64,000 nucleotides of DNA from Catajapyx aquilonaris (taxonomy: Eukaryota): contig KZ538147.1 in the NCBI GenBank assembly GCA_000934665.2, positions 1-64,000 on the forward strand, written 5' to 3'. Positions 37,954 to 63,169 of the stretch are shown one piece after another. Each line of letters begins with the position of its first letter. Within the stretch, counting starts at the first letter, position 1. A program made the translations under genes and the position numbers. A model generated the notes under the pieces. That model made no database searches, had not been told where the DNA came from, and saw nothing but the letters and a program-made list of their open reading frames with translations.

Positions 37954-40388
37954 TCAAACATATCGGAACTGCTTGAGACAGTCATTCCCAAGGTCCGCCA
38001 CCAACAGGTGGCCCCCATCTGGCAATGGCGCAACGCCTGATGGACGCTTCAGCTTGGCGCCAAATGAATCGATGGTGCAGAGCAGGTGGCCATCGTTTAT
38101 GCGGAACACTTGCACAAAACTGCGACCCTTCTCACTCCGTGATGCAAGGACACGTCCACAGCTGTCCACGCAGATTCCACCATAGCGACCTTTACCTGAT
38201 TGGCATTAAAAATAAATTAATCGCAATTCCCCAGTAAGGTCTATTTGGCCTAAGTGCTTATTTCGCATAGGACTTGCGCATGCAAACATTCTCTGCTTCG
38301 TGAAACATTAATTACAGTATTTGTAACGGCTTTATGGGTACTGTCATTTTTGCTACATTTACTTGAGCATTTTCTCAATTCTCCAGAGTAATTAGCATTA
38401 TTTCATAACCAATTTGGTACCACAATAATTACAGTTTTACTACCACACTTTTCAAGTATGATTTGAACAATCTCAGGTTATCATCATTATGCAGTTATGA
38501 AATGCATACCTTTCCCTTCTGCATTGATCTCACGCAGAAACTTTCCAGCAGATGAGAAGACCACAATAGTTGAGTCGGCCACCAGGATCTCACCAGTTGA
38601 TGAAACAGCCACGGCTGCCACCCCAACCTTCCTGTTTGCAACTTTTCTCACCATCTGACCTGTGGCAACGTCCATCACAAAGACTGCACCAGCCGCATGG
38701 TCACCAACGGCAATGCATCCTTCACCCGCAGCAGCCAGGGACACTGGCTCCAGAAATTCAGAGCATGTGAAGCTTGAACGGGTCTCGCCTGTGCCTGGAT
38801 TCAACACGGAAACAGTCTTTGTCCTCCAGTTGACGACAGCCAGCTCTTCAGTTGGTAGCCACGCAAGTCCAGTGCCAGATCTGCCTTCCAAGGCACTGCT
38901 GTCTAACTGCCGCAGTGGCTCCAGATGAACATCGAGTACTTGTATGCGTGAGTTACCAGTATCCAGCACATATATCTCAGTACGTGATGTTGCAATGGCT
39001 ACAGGTTGAACCAATTCCCGCTTTCCAGATCCCCTTGAGCCATATATAGCCACTGGTGGATGTTGAACAGATGCTTCAATCACCAATGGTGATCCTCGAA
39101 CTGGTCTACCAAAGAGGGTCACTTGAAGTTGCGACACGCCCGGTGGAGGTCGGAATCGCAATATGTATGTTCCATCATCTTCGTCCTCAATTGCAACTGG
39201 CATGGTGGGACCTTCGTCAGGAACCAGGCTAGCCATCAGAGGATCACCGCCGTTGGTACGCCTTCTCCCATTTAAATCCACAGCAGTGAAAATGGCACTT
39301 GTCTCCAGTCCAGCCACTAATGTGGAATCAGGTGTCTCGTGGGGGATTTCCAGCGAACATAATCCAGGAAGAGTGCTGGATGACCGTACACGCCCAAGGG
39401 ATGCAGCAGCCTCTGCCAGCTGCCCCCGTGCTGGCCCATGGTCAGATTCAAACAGCAAAAAAGCATTTTCACGTGGCTCACCAAGTGTTGACACTGAATC
39501 CAATTTGGCCCCCAATTCAGCTATTCGTCTTGATATGTGTCGAACTTCAACTTGCCAGTGCAGACCTTCAACCTCTGCCTGAACCTTGCTACGTTCAGCT
39601 GAAATCAACTCAAGTTGTTCTGCCAGGACTTTCTGCTTTGCTTGTGCCACACTACGTACTTCCTCAAGAACAGCTTCGCGGCGTTTCTCAAGCACCTCAA
39701 CCGCCTCTTGGAAACAGCGATTGACATCTGCCAATCCAGATTCGACAGATAATTCTAACGCTGCCAATTCAGCCTCAACCCTTCCAGATGCTTCATCCAA
39801 TTTTCCAACACACTCATTAGCCTTGTACAGTAGGATTTCTGACATGCGCTTAATTGCAATTGAAAATGGTATCACAGTATGTTCTGAAGCTGGCAGCTGT
39901 GAAGACGAGGATGAGGATGATGATGTGTCTGGATCCTTCACATTGGTCGACGACCCAGACGCACCACCTGTCTGATGGGAGCCTCCAACGCACAGGCTGC
40001 AGAACACGGTGTCGCACGTCTCGCAAAACAACAGCTCCTGAGCAATATGCGTTGCACACTTGGGGATCACGTGACGGCGTTGACGAGACATGAGATCCAG
40101 AAGTTGGTTGACCAAGAAAGATGGCGGCAAGGCGGAGACTCCACCACGGGGTATCCCAATAAGCTCACGGCATATCGGACACCTGAAGGTGCCATCGTCC
40201 CTGGTCTGGGAAGATGCGATGCGTCCCAGGCACTGCAGGCACACGGTGTGGGAACAGGGCAGCAGCTTCGGGGTGTGCTCGCCCCCATCATACATGCACA
40301 GGCACGTCCCACACGTCAGGAAGCTCTCATTGAAGTCCTCATAGTTGATGGAAACAGTTTCCACCAATGTAGACGTCATGTTGATCAT
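37954..40388 (-). CDS. TRIM2/3-like RING - B-box - coiled coil - filamin - NHL protein
   Basis: RING (CGTC...PCSHTVC..C...CPIC), B-box (CATH..ELLFCETCDTVFCSLC), filamin repeat (DGTY...GSP) and NHL repeats (VLDTGNSRIQ, VADLGNDC). Exons 40388-38510 and 38195-37954; the true start or upstream exons are uncertain. Confidence 0.9.
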
Positions 40389-40646
40389 CTTCGATCCCAG
40401 ACGAGCCCTGTGAAAACGAGACGATTTTCTTGGACTCCAGCCACCCCAAATTTTATTTATACTACATCCTGGTCCCCTGCCAAAATATGCAATCAAGACA
40501 CTAGACACACACATAACTGTCAAAAAGGTGTAAACACACTGACAAGTGCAAGCATCGAATGCACTAGTTGCCGCAGAATGAAAACATGTGTCACTAAAAG
40601 TGACAAATGGCAATGCATATTGTTGAGCCTTGGTAACAACTCCATT

Positions 40647-40994
40647 AATTAATTCGAGGGGTTAATCACTTGACGCTATAGTGTAAGATGACCTTCACAG
40701 ACTTCAGTCGCGTTAAGGGTTTATTATGAAGGAGCCAAAGCAACTATTGCTATCTGGCTATGAGAAGACACAAAGGTGGGGTAGATACTTGGGTAGATAG
40801 AAATGGAAACGAAGAGGAGGAAAGATTGGTATCTCTCTTAGTACAGCATGTTTCCTATCCAACTTGGGAGGTCATGCCAGTAGACGAAGCTACCACCAGC
40901 ATAGCTCTCTGGGTCACGGGAGAACACAAAAGTCAGTCGGACTTCAGTCTAAACGAAAAGAACTTCATAAGTGACTAACCCCCTCGAATTAATT
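40647..40994. mobile_element. MITE with ~25-bp TIRs
   Basis: AATTAATTCGAGGGGTTAATCACTT (40647-40671) versus AAGTGACTAACCCCCTCGAATTAATT (40969-40994); no recognisable protein inside. Confidence 0.7.
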
Positions 40995-42144
40995 GCACCC
41001 TGTCCCGTCCTCGTGTAATTATAATATGGCCCCCTACTAATTAAATTAATTTATTAGCATTTTACCATTTGTACAGTTTGCGCCACATCTCAACTCCCAG
41101 CAGGTGGCAGGACCAATCAAAAAAAACAGTGGGTCGTTACCCAAAGGCGCAACAGATGTAGCTGTCGTCACCATAAACAAACATTATCGTACATAAACAG
41201 TGGGGGGTGGGGGGGAGGGTAAAAGTCAAGTACCACCGTTGCCATATCTCCCACCACAATAAAACCCTTCCAAAAAAATACTCACAATAAAGTGCAGCAG
41301 TTGGTCATGAAAACCAGGGGCTGACCCCGGGGCAGAGCACGGGCTAACCTCCTCCTGCTCTGTCGGACCAGTGCTCACTCTCGCTTGGCCTTCATCGATG
41401 TCCTTCCTTCTTCTATTTTTCCTTCTTTCTTTTTTCCTTGGACTGCCCTTCCTTCCTTTAATATATTCGATCCTTGTCTGGTTGCTTTGGACGGTGGGCG
41501 GTATTATATCCACTGTTTTTAGCCGAGCGGATCGATCCAATGCGCCGGCGCGGATGGTTTGGTATAGCAGCTGCTGTAAGGACAAAGACGGATGGGAAAA
41601 AACGCTGACAAAAGCAATCAGCTGTAAGCGGAAAAACAAGATAAACACATGCGGAGGTTGATAAGTTTTGTTTGAAAAAAAAAAGAAATGAAAAATTGTA
41701 TGCGGTTGGTCATGTCAGTCATCCGTCAAGGCTGCGGGTTACCGGCCTTAGGGCGAATAGCCTCAGGGCCAATGACCTCGCCGTCTATAGCACCTAACCA
41801 GCCGGATTCCTCACCTGCAACGTTTGACCCGAGGTCACCGGGCAGTGCTATGATGCAAATCCGATGAAAGTGACCGCCAGGCGATACGAACCGGACGAAA
41901 ACCCGATCGACTCTTGGTGCGAAAGGCCAGAGTGGCAACACTGCGTGTCCGCCATGTTGGATATAATCCACCTATGCGCACCTTGGAAAAATCCGCAGGG
42001 GGCGGAAGAGGGCGTGGCCACCTACCCACCCAACTCCCCCCTGGAAGGAACAGTCGAAGGTCGCAATGCGCGGGACGTTCGATTTTCATTCGAAAGGAAA
42101 AGGGAAGATAAAATGAGGGAGGATCAAACGTCCAGGGTGTAAAA

Positions 42145-44809
42145 ATGGAAGGGTGGGTTTGGCTCGTGGCTGTGCTGCTGGCTGGTGCGGTGGAGGAAGG
42201 GGAGGCATCGTACGGAGACAGGTCATGGGTGTACCGGTCATGCGGGGGCAAGTGTGTGGAGGAGAACTGCACCGGTATGGTTGTTTGGAATAATTGTCAT
42301 TAGCAGGCTGGTATGGACAATAATTAGTATGCATAAGCAGTCTGGATAATTTAACAGAAGTAGGCATATGGATTATGAATACTATTTTTATATCGATATA
42401 CCGGTAACACTGACGCTGTTATGCCATGCCCTAAAGCATTGTTAACTTGTTGATTTGTTCACTCAACATAATGCAGGCTTAATTATGTTACAGAAGATGC
42501 GGCCAAATTGAAGCCGGATGTTGGTTTGTTGGTGTGGCTGTTGCAGCCCTTGCAGGTTCTTCCGGAATGGACTTGCAAAGATGAGTGCAAGTATATGTGC
42601 ATGTGGAAGACGGTTTCGCGGTTCCTCGAGGAAGGATACTCTGTTCCGCAGTTTCATGGGAAGTGGCCCTTTGTGCGTGTGATGGGACTGCAGGAGCCGG
42701 CGTCGGCGTTCTTCTCCTTGCTCAACTTGTGCGCTCACGGCTTTGGACTGGCCGCTTTTAGACGGAGAGTACCTATAAGAGCGCCGATGAGTGTGGCGGT
42801 GCACCTGTTTGCAGCGGTGTGCATGCATGCTTGGCTGTGGTCATGTGTGTTCCATTCCAGGGACACCCCATTCACGGAGGCTATGGATTACACCTGTGCT
42901 TTCTCTGTGGTTTTATCATCCCTACTGTTGCTCTTCCTGAGGCTGGGGTGGTCCGGCCCTGAGACCATGCTTGGAGCCAGGCGGCGGTGGGGTGCTGCTT
43001 CCTTGCTCATATGCTTGGCACTGTTTGCACACCACGTGTTGCATGTCATGCAGGAGAGCTTTGACTACGGGTACAACATGAAGATGAGCATTGCTGTAGG
43101 TGGGTATCATGTTCAGTGTTAACAATGACATGTCTAAGGTATCCCTCCAGTCCATGTTGGAAAATGGTCATTAAAATCAGGAAGCTGTAATCTTTCAGCT
43201 TTAGCTCTGAACTGATATGAGGTGGTATTTTAAGCTACATCAGTCAGCATTATGCAATGACAGTATGTATACAAAAATTCAGATATGTTAACATGGAAAA
43301 GCCTTGAAAGTTATTAGATAACTCCTTTGCACTAACACACAACAAGCTTCAAATACCAAGTGTAATGAGTCTGCCAACATTGTGACTTGTACAGTACAAG
43401 TCCTTAGCCTACTGTTTGCATGGGAGGTTAATTGAAGTGCCTGTTATGGAACTCACTTTCACGTTGCAGTACAAATTAATGCAAGTGGTGTAGTTTCAGT
43501 TGTCAAATTCTGCAGTTATTTCTTTTTAGATGCACTAACAGTATTGTCTACTTTCTGATATCCCAGTGTGCACAGTATGAGATAAGCATGTGACTGTAAA
43601 CATTGCACAACTTTTTACAGAACTCCTTTCTGTTTTCTGATAATTATCCTACCATCTGAAAGTTAAGACTGGTGTTATGAACACAAGTTAAGCAGGAAAT
43701 CGCCAATTATTTCATTTCATTTATTTAACCTCCCTGCCTCATTCACGCAGGGAGGGACAATCGCCAATTATGTCAGATTATGTATTTTGAAATACCAATA
43801 CATAATCAGAGATTTTCCCTAATTTTCTTTCAGGCAGCCAGCCAGCCTTTATTCCATTGCTCTCAAGGAATATGTGTAATAAACATTTCATTTGTTCACA
43901 GAGGTATGCTTGTGCATTGTGTTGAAGGCTTAACTTTTGAAACAATCAATGCTAAATTGTTCCTAGAGATTGGTCCTAATTCTTGCACCGTGAGTGGAAA
44001 GCTAATTTTTTCCTATATTTAACATCCATTTCCATATACCCATTCAAAATTATCTTGTTTTGGTACTGTTGGCTCTTGGCAGGAAGAAGGAATGTTGGTA
44101 TCACTCTGTTGATTCCATTGCTTGGATTTATTTTTGCATAGCTGCTCATATCACTTGAAGGATGAGGGGCTGTCATATCTTTGTAAATATGCACACAATT
44201 CCGAATGTCTTGTTATGTTGCGAATGGTGCATTGCTGAATTTTTTATGCCATCACTTCTTTGTAAACTGTAAAAGGTAAGGATGAGCAAAATATTGTAGA
44301 ATGCAAATGTGGCTTTTTTTTCCCATAGGATGGCAAATGAGGGAAGGAGTGAGAAAGAGTTATTTCAGGGGTTGTACAGGAGTGCCGTATTAGAAAAAAA
44401 AAATGTAATTTGTTCATTACCCAAATTACACTAGGTTGAGCATTCTAACGGTAATTGTTTCAATGCCTTAAACTTTCAGGGTCTATCAATGGGATTGGAT
44501 GGTTGGTGTGGTGGTGGATGTGCAGGCGCGCTTTCCCTTACGCATGGAAGGCAGCAACCTTTGTGGTCCTCCTAGCAGCTACAATGCTTTTAGAAGTGGC
44601 AGACTTCCCTCCCCTGCTCTGGACTCTTGATGCACATGCATTATGGCATTTATCAACCATTCCTCTCCCAGCCCTGTGGTACAAGTAAGGACAAGCGTCA
44701 TTGTTAAAATTCTAACATCAAACTTACAATGCTTTTACTTTTCAGTTTCTTAGCTGACGACAGCCAGATGCTGCAGGACATGTCAATTGGTTGGGGGAAG
44801 AAAGTCTAG
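42145..44809 (+). CDS. PGAP3: Post-GPI attachment to proteins factor 3 (Per1 family)
   Basis: Exons 42145-42274 (signal peptide, ASYGDRS..C...C...NC), 42494-43099 (WTCKDECKYMCM, QFHGKWPF, QEPAS, FHSRD, FDYGYNM), 44480-44684 (DFPP, DAHALWH), 44746-44809. Confidence 0.95.
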
Positions 44810-45036
44810 CTGCTATTCTTTCAGAATAATAAAGTGTTTTAGCCAAAGGAGGATATCAATGTGGCGACAGTCACAACCAGTCTCCTAAAAAAATTCCAGG
44901 AATCAGGGTGTTTACTTTTTGTTGACGCATGCCAGTGGGCATTCTCCAGCACAGTGTGGCGCAGCTTCTACTCTTTGGCTGCTCTACCAGTTGCTCTTCC
45001 CTTGTGCCACGTGCCAGTCCAGATCCTTGATCAACC

Positions 45037-45240
45037 ATGGCATTGCTCCTAGTCCTCCTCATCCTCAACTTATCCTCCTCCCTAGTGACCAGTGCCCTTC
45101 TGAGTTGCCAGGACAACAATACCTGTGCCAAATCCTGCCATGACCTAGGGAACAACCAGGGTGGGGTGTGCGTGAGATACTTGGTGCCAGGAATGCGTCC
45201 CAGCGAAGGAAGCATCTGCTACTGCCTTCCAGCGTTGTAA
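45037..45240 (+). CDS. Secreted CS-alpha-beta defensin/toxin-like peptide 3
   Basis: Signal peptide MALLLVLLILNLSSSLVTS, good start context (ACCATGG), then C-x5-C-x3-C-x10-C-x15-C-x-C (CQDNNTCAKSCHDLGNNQGGVCVRYLVPGMRPSEGSICYC). Confidence 0.78.
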   Translation: MALLLVLLILNLSSSLVTSALLSCQDNNTCAKSCHDLGNNQGGVCVRYLVPGMRPSEGSICYCLPAL

Positions 45241-45519
45241 GTTGTCACTATTTATCTTAGTGGTTCCCTTGAGGGCCAGGGTTGGGATTGGTTTCATCTC
45301 CCTTCTCCAAGTTCCATTAGTCCTGGTCCGGCCTGATAATCAAGACAACTGTAAAATCACACAAACAATTTGTACTATGTACCACCATTACTTCATTAAC
45401 ACAGTAACCACGCAAGTTTCACCATACCAAAAAAAAGTCACATCTGCACATGGCGATTAGGTTGTTCGGGTTACACACACCTTGAAATAAAAAGCACAGC
45501 CATATCGCAAGGAACAGAT

Positions 45520-45765
45520 GAGGGCTGTGGGGGGAAAACATGATAACTGACAAAAGAGTAATTTTTCAGGAGAGCGAATTGAAGTTTGAATTTTCTTAAC
45601 AATTCATAGGAAATGCTGGTTGTGATCTAGTCCGTGGCCGTCTCATGCATGATACATGAACTTGGAGTATACCAAACTGTTTGTCACGTCTTATACATAG
45701 TTGCTAGGTGTTTAGGTAAAAAATGACGAAAATGTCAGTTATCATGTTTTCCCCCCATAGCCCTC
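45520..45765. mobile_element. MITE with 33-bp TIRs (Sola-like GAG...CTC ends)
   Basis: GAGGGCTGTGGGGGGAAAACATGATAACTGACA versus TGTCAGTTATCATGTTTTCCCCCCATAGCCCTC (1 mismatch); AGAT duplicated on both flanks. Superfamily assignment is tentative. Confidence 0.8.
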
Positions 45766-46261
45766 AGATGTGACTTTTTTCAGCAGGAGAGTAGGTAAGA
45801 TGTAATGCAAATCAGTAAAAAAACAAGTCATTTCTTGGCACTGAGTAGAAAATAGAAAAAGTTTTATTTACAAATTGAGTTTGGTAGAATACTGGTAAAT
45901 TGTATGTACTTCTATGAGTGGTAGCAGACAAAAATGGGAGCTGCCAGAAAAATTGACGTATATAACATAATGATTGTGTAGGAGCACAGATGCATTCATA
46001 GCCTATGCAAAAAACAAACAAAAAAATCTAGTACAAAATGGCATAGCAAAATGATCCAAAATTTGACTCTTTTTTTAATATTGAACAAATGGGCAGTCTT
46101 GATTAATAAACTGGAAATGGCTGAGCAATGCGATAAGGCCTGGGTTATTGCTCTAGGAATGTCCACAGCTTCATCACGTGACTCTTGTTCACTCGTCGTT
46201 CCAGAGAAAATCCTTATGGAGATGGATTTCCAATCTTCTAACATCGGCACCCACTTAGTCA

Positions 46262-58022
<11,761 letters not shown>

Positions 58023-59380
58023 CTACGACGACGATCCCCACCACCGCATCCTTGTGGTCTTTGCCCCGTGCCCTTTGACCTGGGCCTAGTCCGCACCTTC
58101 TCCCAACTGCTCCACCAAACCGGGGACGCCCCACCTCACCACGGTCGGCCACCGCCTTTCTTCCCTGAGCAATCTCTGTCTCCTTTTTTTTCCGTTTTTT
58201 GTCAGTTGTGCGTGCAGGCAGCTACGACTCCGAGGGAGAGCTCGGCAGATCAAGCGACAGACACAGAGGGAATGGATGGTCACGACGCCATCTTGCCGCC
58301 CACACCGACACTCAAACAGAAAAAAATGGGAGAGAAAAAACAGCGGGGGGGAGAGGGGAGGGGAAAGGAGGACGAGAAAAGGGCCGCCAGAGGAAAACGC
58401 TGTCGTGTGACCTCGCAAGGATGCTTCGATTGAGGCTGCTGACTAGCAAGGACACAATACAGTGTTGCATAATATGCACTATTTAATAATTCATCTATTT
58501 ATTTTATCGATTACATTATGTAATCTTTTCCATTAATTTAATCGATTGATTTAATGGGGCTAATTAATTTCCTTATTATTTTAATTAATCTGGTTAATTT
58601 ATTTAATTAAGGTATTTATTTACTTATTAGTTAGGCTAGTTTATTCCATTTCAGATTGCATAATGTGAAGCTATTTATTTATTAATTAATTACAGGTAGG
58701 CTAGTCCCCAGTGTATGAATGGGGTTATTTCCTGTAAGCCTGCTGAAAGTGTCCATAGGCGGGATTTGTAGATAACTCAAGTCCATACAACATAGCATGC
58801 ATAGCGTAAAGATGCTCCAGCAAACTGCAGCTTACGTCATGTCGTCATGTGTCTGTTTACTGCATGATGTACTTCGTTTCCCAATTATTTATTTATGACA
58901 CAATATTTTTGTTGAACTTGGTGTCGGTCAATGTATGTAGAAGCGATTGAAATTGGAGGAATAATTATAAATTTTCCTTCCGGGGAGCCTTGGGAGCCCA
59001 TTTGTAAGTACAGATCAGCGTAAGTCAGGTCGTACGTAAACCAGGGACTTCCTTTAATATTAATAAATTCTCAGATTGCATAATGTGCATTAGAGGAAAC
59101 AGCTACGCTATCATTTCAACGCTGTATTATCATTTATTCCGTAATCCTTATATTTCACCTGGCATACCGGAAACCACGTTTCCTTGCACACTTAAGAGAT
59201 AAAGGCAGATTTTGCATTAACATTTTATTAAACGTTTATGTACACATGACTGTGTTGTTTCTGCAAAACCCACCGTTAATTTTTTCACATACCTAAAAAA
59301 AATTACAGGGTGTGTATGGCAGTTACTTTCCTAATCTGCTAACCGGTCGTACAACTAAGGATGGATTGCTTTGCCCGCCA

Positions 59381-59931
59381 TTAGTGGTGTCCCTCCTCGC
59401 CGTGATGACCATGGTGTGCAGGAGGGTTGATCTTGTCCAGCACGTACTCCACCCCCAGAGTGCCCAGGAAAGCTGCAAAACCCCACTTGAAGCCTCGGAA
59501 GAAGAGCAGACGTGCCCGCATACCAGTGGATCCAAATTTGTCTCTGCGGTACCGCCACACCTCATTCCTGGTGTGTAAAAAAACACATTGAAAAAATATT
59601 CCTCATATATGGAGATGAATTACAGCGTTCAACTGACATTTTCACTACTGATTCAACCAGAGAATGGTACAGTACTGATGCTACTTCGTTTATTCTTTGC
59701 GTCATGTTGACAGTGCTTAAAGTAACTGTTGCCCATAATCAGCATCATAATCTGGTTGAAATGCTGCGTTAACCAGCATTGTCTGTATGATGATGTTCAC
59801 CTGAGCCATGGGTCCTTGAGTCCCTTCTGGGCCAGAGCATCTCTAACCACCATCAGCTCCGGCGCATCATCCACCTTGTACTCCTTCCAGTCCTGCACCT
59901 TGTACGTGGGTTCGTGGTGGTCGCCTCCCAT
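59381..59931 (-). CDS. NDUFB3: NADH dehydrogenase 1 beta subcomplex subunit 3 (B12)
   Basis: Exon 59931-59801 MGGDHHEPTYKVQDWKEYKV...LAQKGLKDPWLR and exon 59567-59381 NEVWRY...FRGFKWGFAAF...HHGHHGEEGHH*. Confidence 0.93.
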
Positions 59932-60891
59932 CCCGGAAAGACCTGGATTGACCTCCCCTTTTGCAGCAGCGAGGTCAAGTTTGCGACCTCTCTCTCGCCT
60001 TCTGTTCCTTTCCTTCGAGATTTGCCGGGGGTCGTCCGAATGGATGTGCCTCCTCGGAGGGAAGCACATCCACCTCGTGCTGTGTGCGGCGTTGCCAAAT
60101 CGTCCTCGCTTCTTGGAGTTCACATTGCCTGTCCATGACATTTTTTTTTTTTTTACATGCAGACATGCAGTACTGTACATATGCAGGAGTCAGGAATTTA
60201 GAGATCGTGCTCTCAAAGTGTTGATTATGCCAACAAAAACATGAAAGAGTCTGAAATACCGCTGTAAAATATGGAAAAAAATTGGATCCAGGTTGTGGTT
60301 TCGTTTTTTGGTTGTAAACAATGCAAAAAACCTCAAGTTTTCGCTTCAACACCACCAGATTTTTAATACAGTATTCCTCCTATACAAGTCAAATTGTAGG
60401 CAATGTTTAACCTTGCCTTTGGGTGTCCAATCGTAGTAGCGATAATAAACAACAATAATATACATTGAAATTGAATCACGTAGCAGTACCAAATTACTCG
60501 TCAATTATTATATTTCTTAGCTTATTATTTTTTATTTTTTTTTGCAAGCAAGTGTCCACTTGCAAATGTCCATTCCCACAATCCCAACTGCAACCTTAGT
60601 CAATTATATTAATATTTTACAGCCAGGCAAGTCCAACAAGGTGTGTTCTCGCCATACAACAATTTGCTGACCTTTGATTTGAGGTGAGTCGCAGCGAGAT
60701 CACACATTCATGCACACTCATGTTCTCTCATGCACACGTGTATTGTCAGGGAAGCCAACCCTCCCCCCCAATTATATGGGCCATAAAAGGCACAATATTT
60801 TCCTTCCCGCAAGAAAAAAAAAAAATGTTAACTTTAAGGCTCGACAACATTGCTCCTGGCCAGCCAGCCAATGCCGAGCCCACCATTTGTT

Positions 60892-62592
60892 CTATCTCCG
60901 ATGAGAAAATCCCCTCGACCCATCTGGACCTCGGGGAAGGCGGACCACATTGTTGACCTGCTCTTCTGCTAGAATCAGCTGTGCAGGAGGATGGGGCAAG
61001 AGTCCTGAATGTTGCTGTTGCTGCTGCTGCTGCAGCTGTTGATGATGGTGGTGGTGATGTAGAGACCTCTCCTCAGCCTTCAGTTGGATCTGCCTCACTC
61101 TGGAGATGCCAACATGATTATCCATAAATATTAATTACACACGGAAAGTTATCATCCAAACATCAGATGCTTCATTACTTATAGCAAATGTCAGTTTGCG
61201 GGCAACAATATTTCAAAGCATCTTGACACTGAAATGCAAGAAAGATTTTGCTTCTTTAATAGAAGGTGAATATAGTTAATCTGCTTTTATATGGCACTGC
61301 TTTTGTGATGTAAATTACTTGTAGGTAATGCTCAAAGATCAACCACTACAATTTCTTAACATTACTCACTGATACTGAAATTGGGCTACTCTCAGCTCTT
61401 ACTAGCACATGCAAGACTTTCAGACTACTTTGGCTGGTTGCTGCTAATTTCTTTTATGAAATAAGCTTATCCTGCTTGAAAATACCATCCAAACATGCAT
61501 CCAGTGAGAAGAAACTGTCACGTATTGAATGCTTCTTTGAACACGTTGTGATTAAAATTTTTAAAGGGAAGCAGGTACTTAAGTGCTAAGATTAAAATCC
61601 CTTCTTTCATAAGCTACCTCAGCATAAGCCACTACATCACTTGCAATAGCTTCCCATATTTGATACAAGAACAACACGACACCTCAAATGCATGAGAAAT
61701 GCAATACAAAATCCCACAGGTAAGATGGGCCATCACCAAAAGGATAAAGACATGCAAACCAAGACTTCTTCATTGCCAGCTTCTCCTTAGTAAGACTCGC
61801 ACAGATTATGCATACAAAATAAAATTCTCAGCTGTACAAAAGCAAACCAATCCATCAAGCAGGCACGATTTGAACAACACCAGCATTCCTAGTTGGGCAC
61901 AACTGCCCTGAAACAAAAATCCCCAGGAGTTCATCTGCGAATTTTTTTTGTCCTTTTTGCCATATGAAAAGTATCAATCACAGAGTCAAAACACCTAACA
62001 GGTGGTGGTGATTTACAAGCCAGGTCAAGCAAGGTCGGATGGAGGGAGGAGGTCAGGTGCAGGCCATAGCTTGTGAGAGTTCTGCTTTGTTGACCTGTCA
62101 TGGTGAGCCTCTTCAGGGGATTTGGCTTCGCCTAGAATGCGCAATCTTGCCAATGCATACTCCTGCTCCCGCTGCTGTAAGGTCTTGAGCTGGCGGGGAC
62201 GGGCCTCCCCGTTGCTCATTGGAAAGAAGGTGCCCTCCAACCCATCCTGACCTCCCAAAAGCCCTGCTCCCCCGTCTGGGGGTGGTTTGTCCCCTCCCCC
62301 ACCACGCCTTCCAGGTCTCCTTAATATCTTGACTTGTGGCTCAGGTGGGACGTACTGTGATCTAACACTGTCTTCTACTACTGTCGTTGTTGCTCCAGGT
62401 CCTGCTCCGGGTCCTGCTCCCGGACCTCTGCTGCGGGGGCAGCTGTTAAACGCAATGACATTATTAATCATTAACATGTTGCCTGGTACCCTAATCATGC
62501 AAGTGGCATGAACCAACCAACCTTGATATTACAGATCCATCTTCTGTGGACAGCACTGCGAGCCTCATTTTTTCAAGTTTTTCATCCAGGGC
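60892..62592 (-). CDS. SZRD1: SUZ domain-containing protein 1, 5'-partial
   Basis: Exons 62592-62522 (ALDEKLEKMRL), 62442-62095 (PQVKILRRP, KTLQQREQEYALARLRILG), 61099-60892 (SUZ-C motif VRLPRGPDGSRGFSHRR*). The first exon was not found in the window. Confidence 0.88.
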
Positions 62593-63169
62593 CTGGAAAT
62601 AAAACATCAGTAGAATGATGTAACAGTAATACCAAGTCAAGTCTTCACAGCAATGAGAATTATTTCACTGAGATTCCATTACGTTCCTGGCAAAGTAAAT
62701 CCTTAAGTGCCTGCATCTAATGTGCAGGCAGACTCAAATGATTCACAAGCACACTGTCAATCCAGGGGTTAGGGTCCAACAAAATGGTCATAAAATAAAC
62801 TCATAAAATTAGACTAAATTATATGAGGTGCAGTCAAAAATTACTTGAGCGTAATTTTTTAAATTGACACCAGAGCAATGTACAGTCTTTTGCGTTTGCC
62901 TGGACCTTGCTACAAGCTGCTTAGAATTGAGCAACTGGTTACGTTCCAAAAGATACTCACAATATCAATATTAGTTGCAAATATTAAGTAAGAAATAAGC
63001 ATCTCTTAACGTAAAAATTGAATGGCCCAATGGCCAATTGTCTTACTTATTGGAAGTTCCTTGTAATTCATAGCCTGAAGAACACTAACTTATATTCAAC
63101 ATGACACTGGCTTATAATTTCCATATTCTATCCGTTTCATGTGGAAAATGTAGGTTTTATAGTGACTAA

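Noticed and set aside
42391..42398. DRE motif TATCGATA in PGAP3 intron 1 near the divergent TRIM/PGAP3 promoter
   Set aside because: A single 8-mer in AT-rich DNA that also occurs at 21177 with no promoter context; expected by chance.
59932..60180. In-frame upstream extension of NDUFB3
   Set aside because: NDUFB3 normally starts at the MG..H motif (59931); the extension has no recognisable features and is probably 5'UTR.
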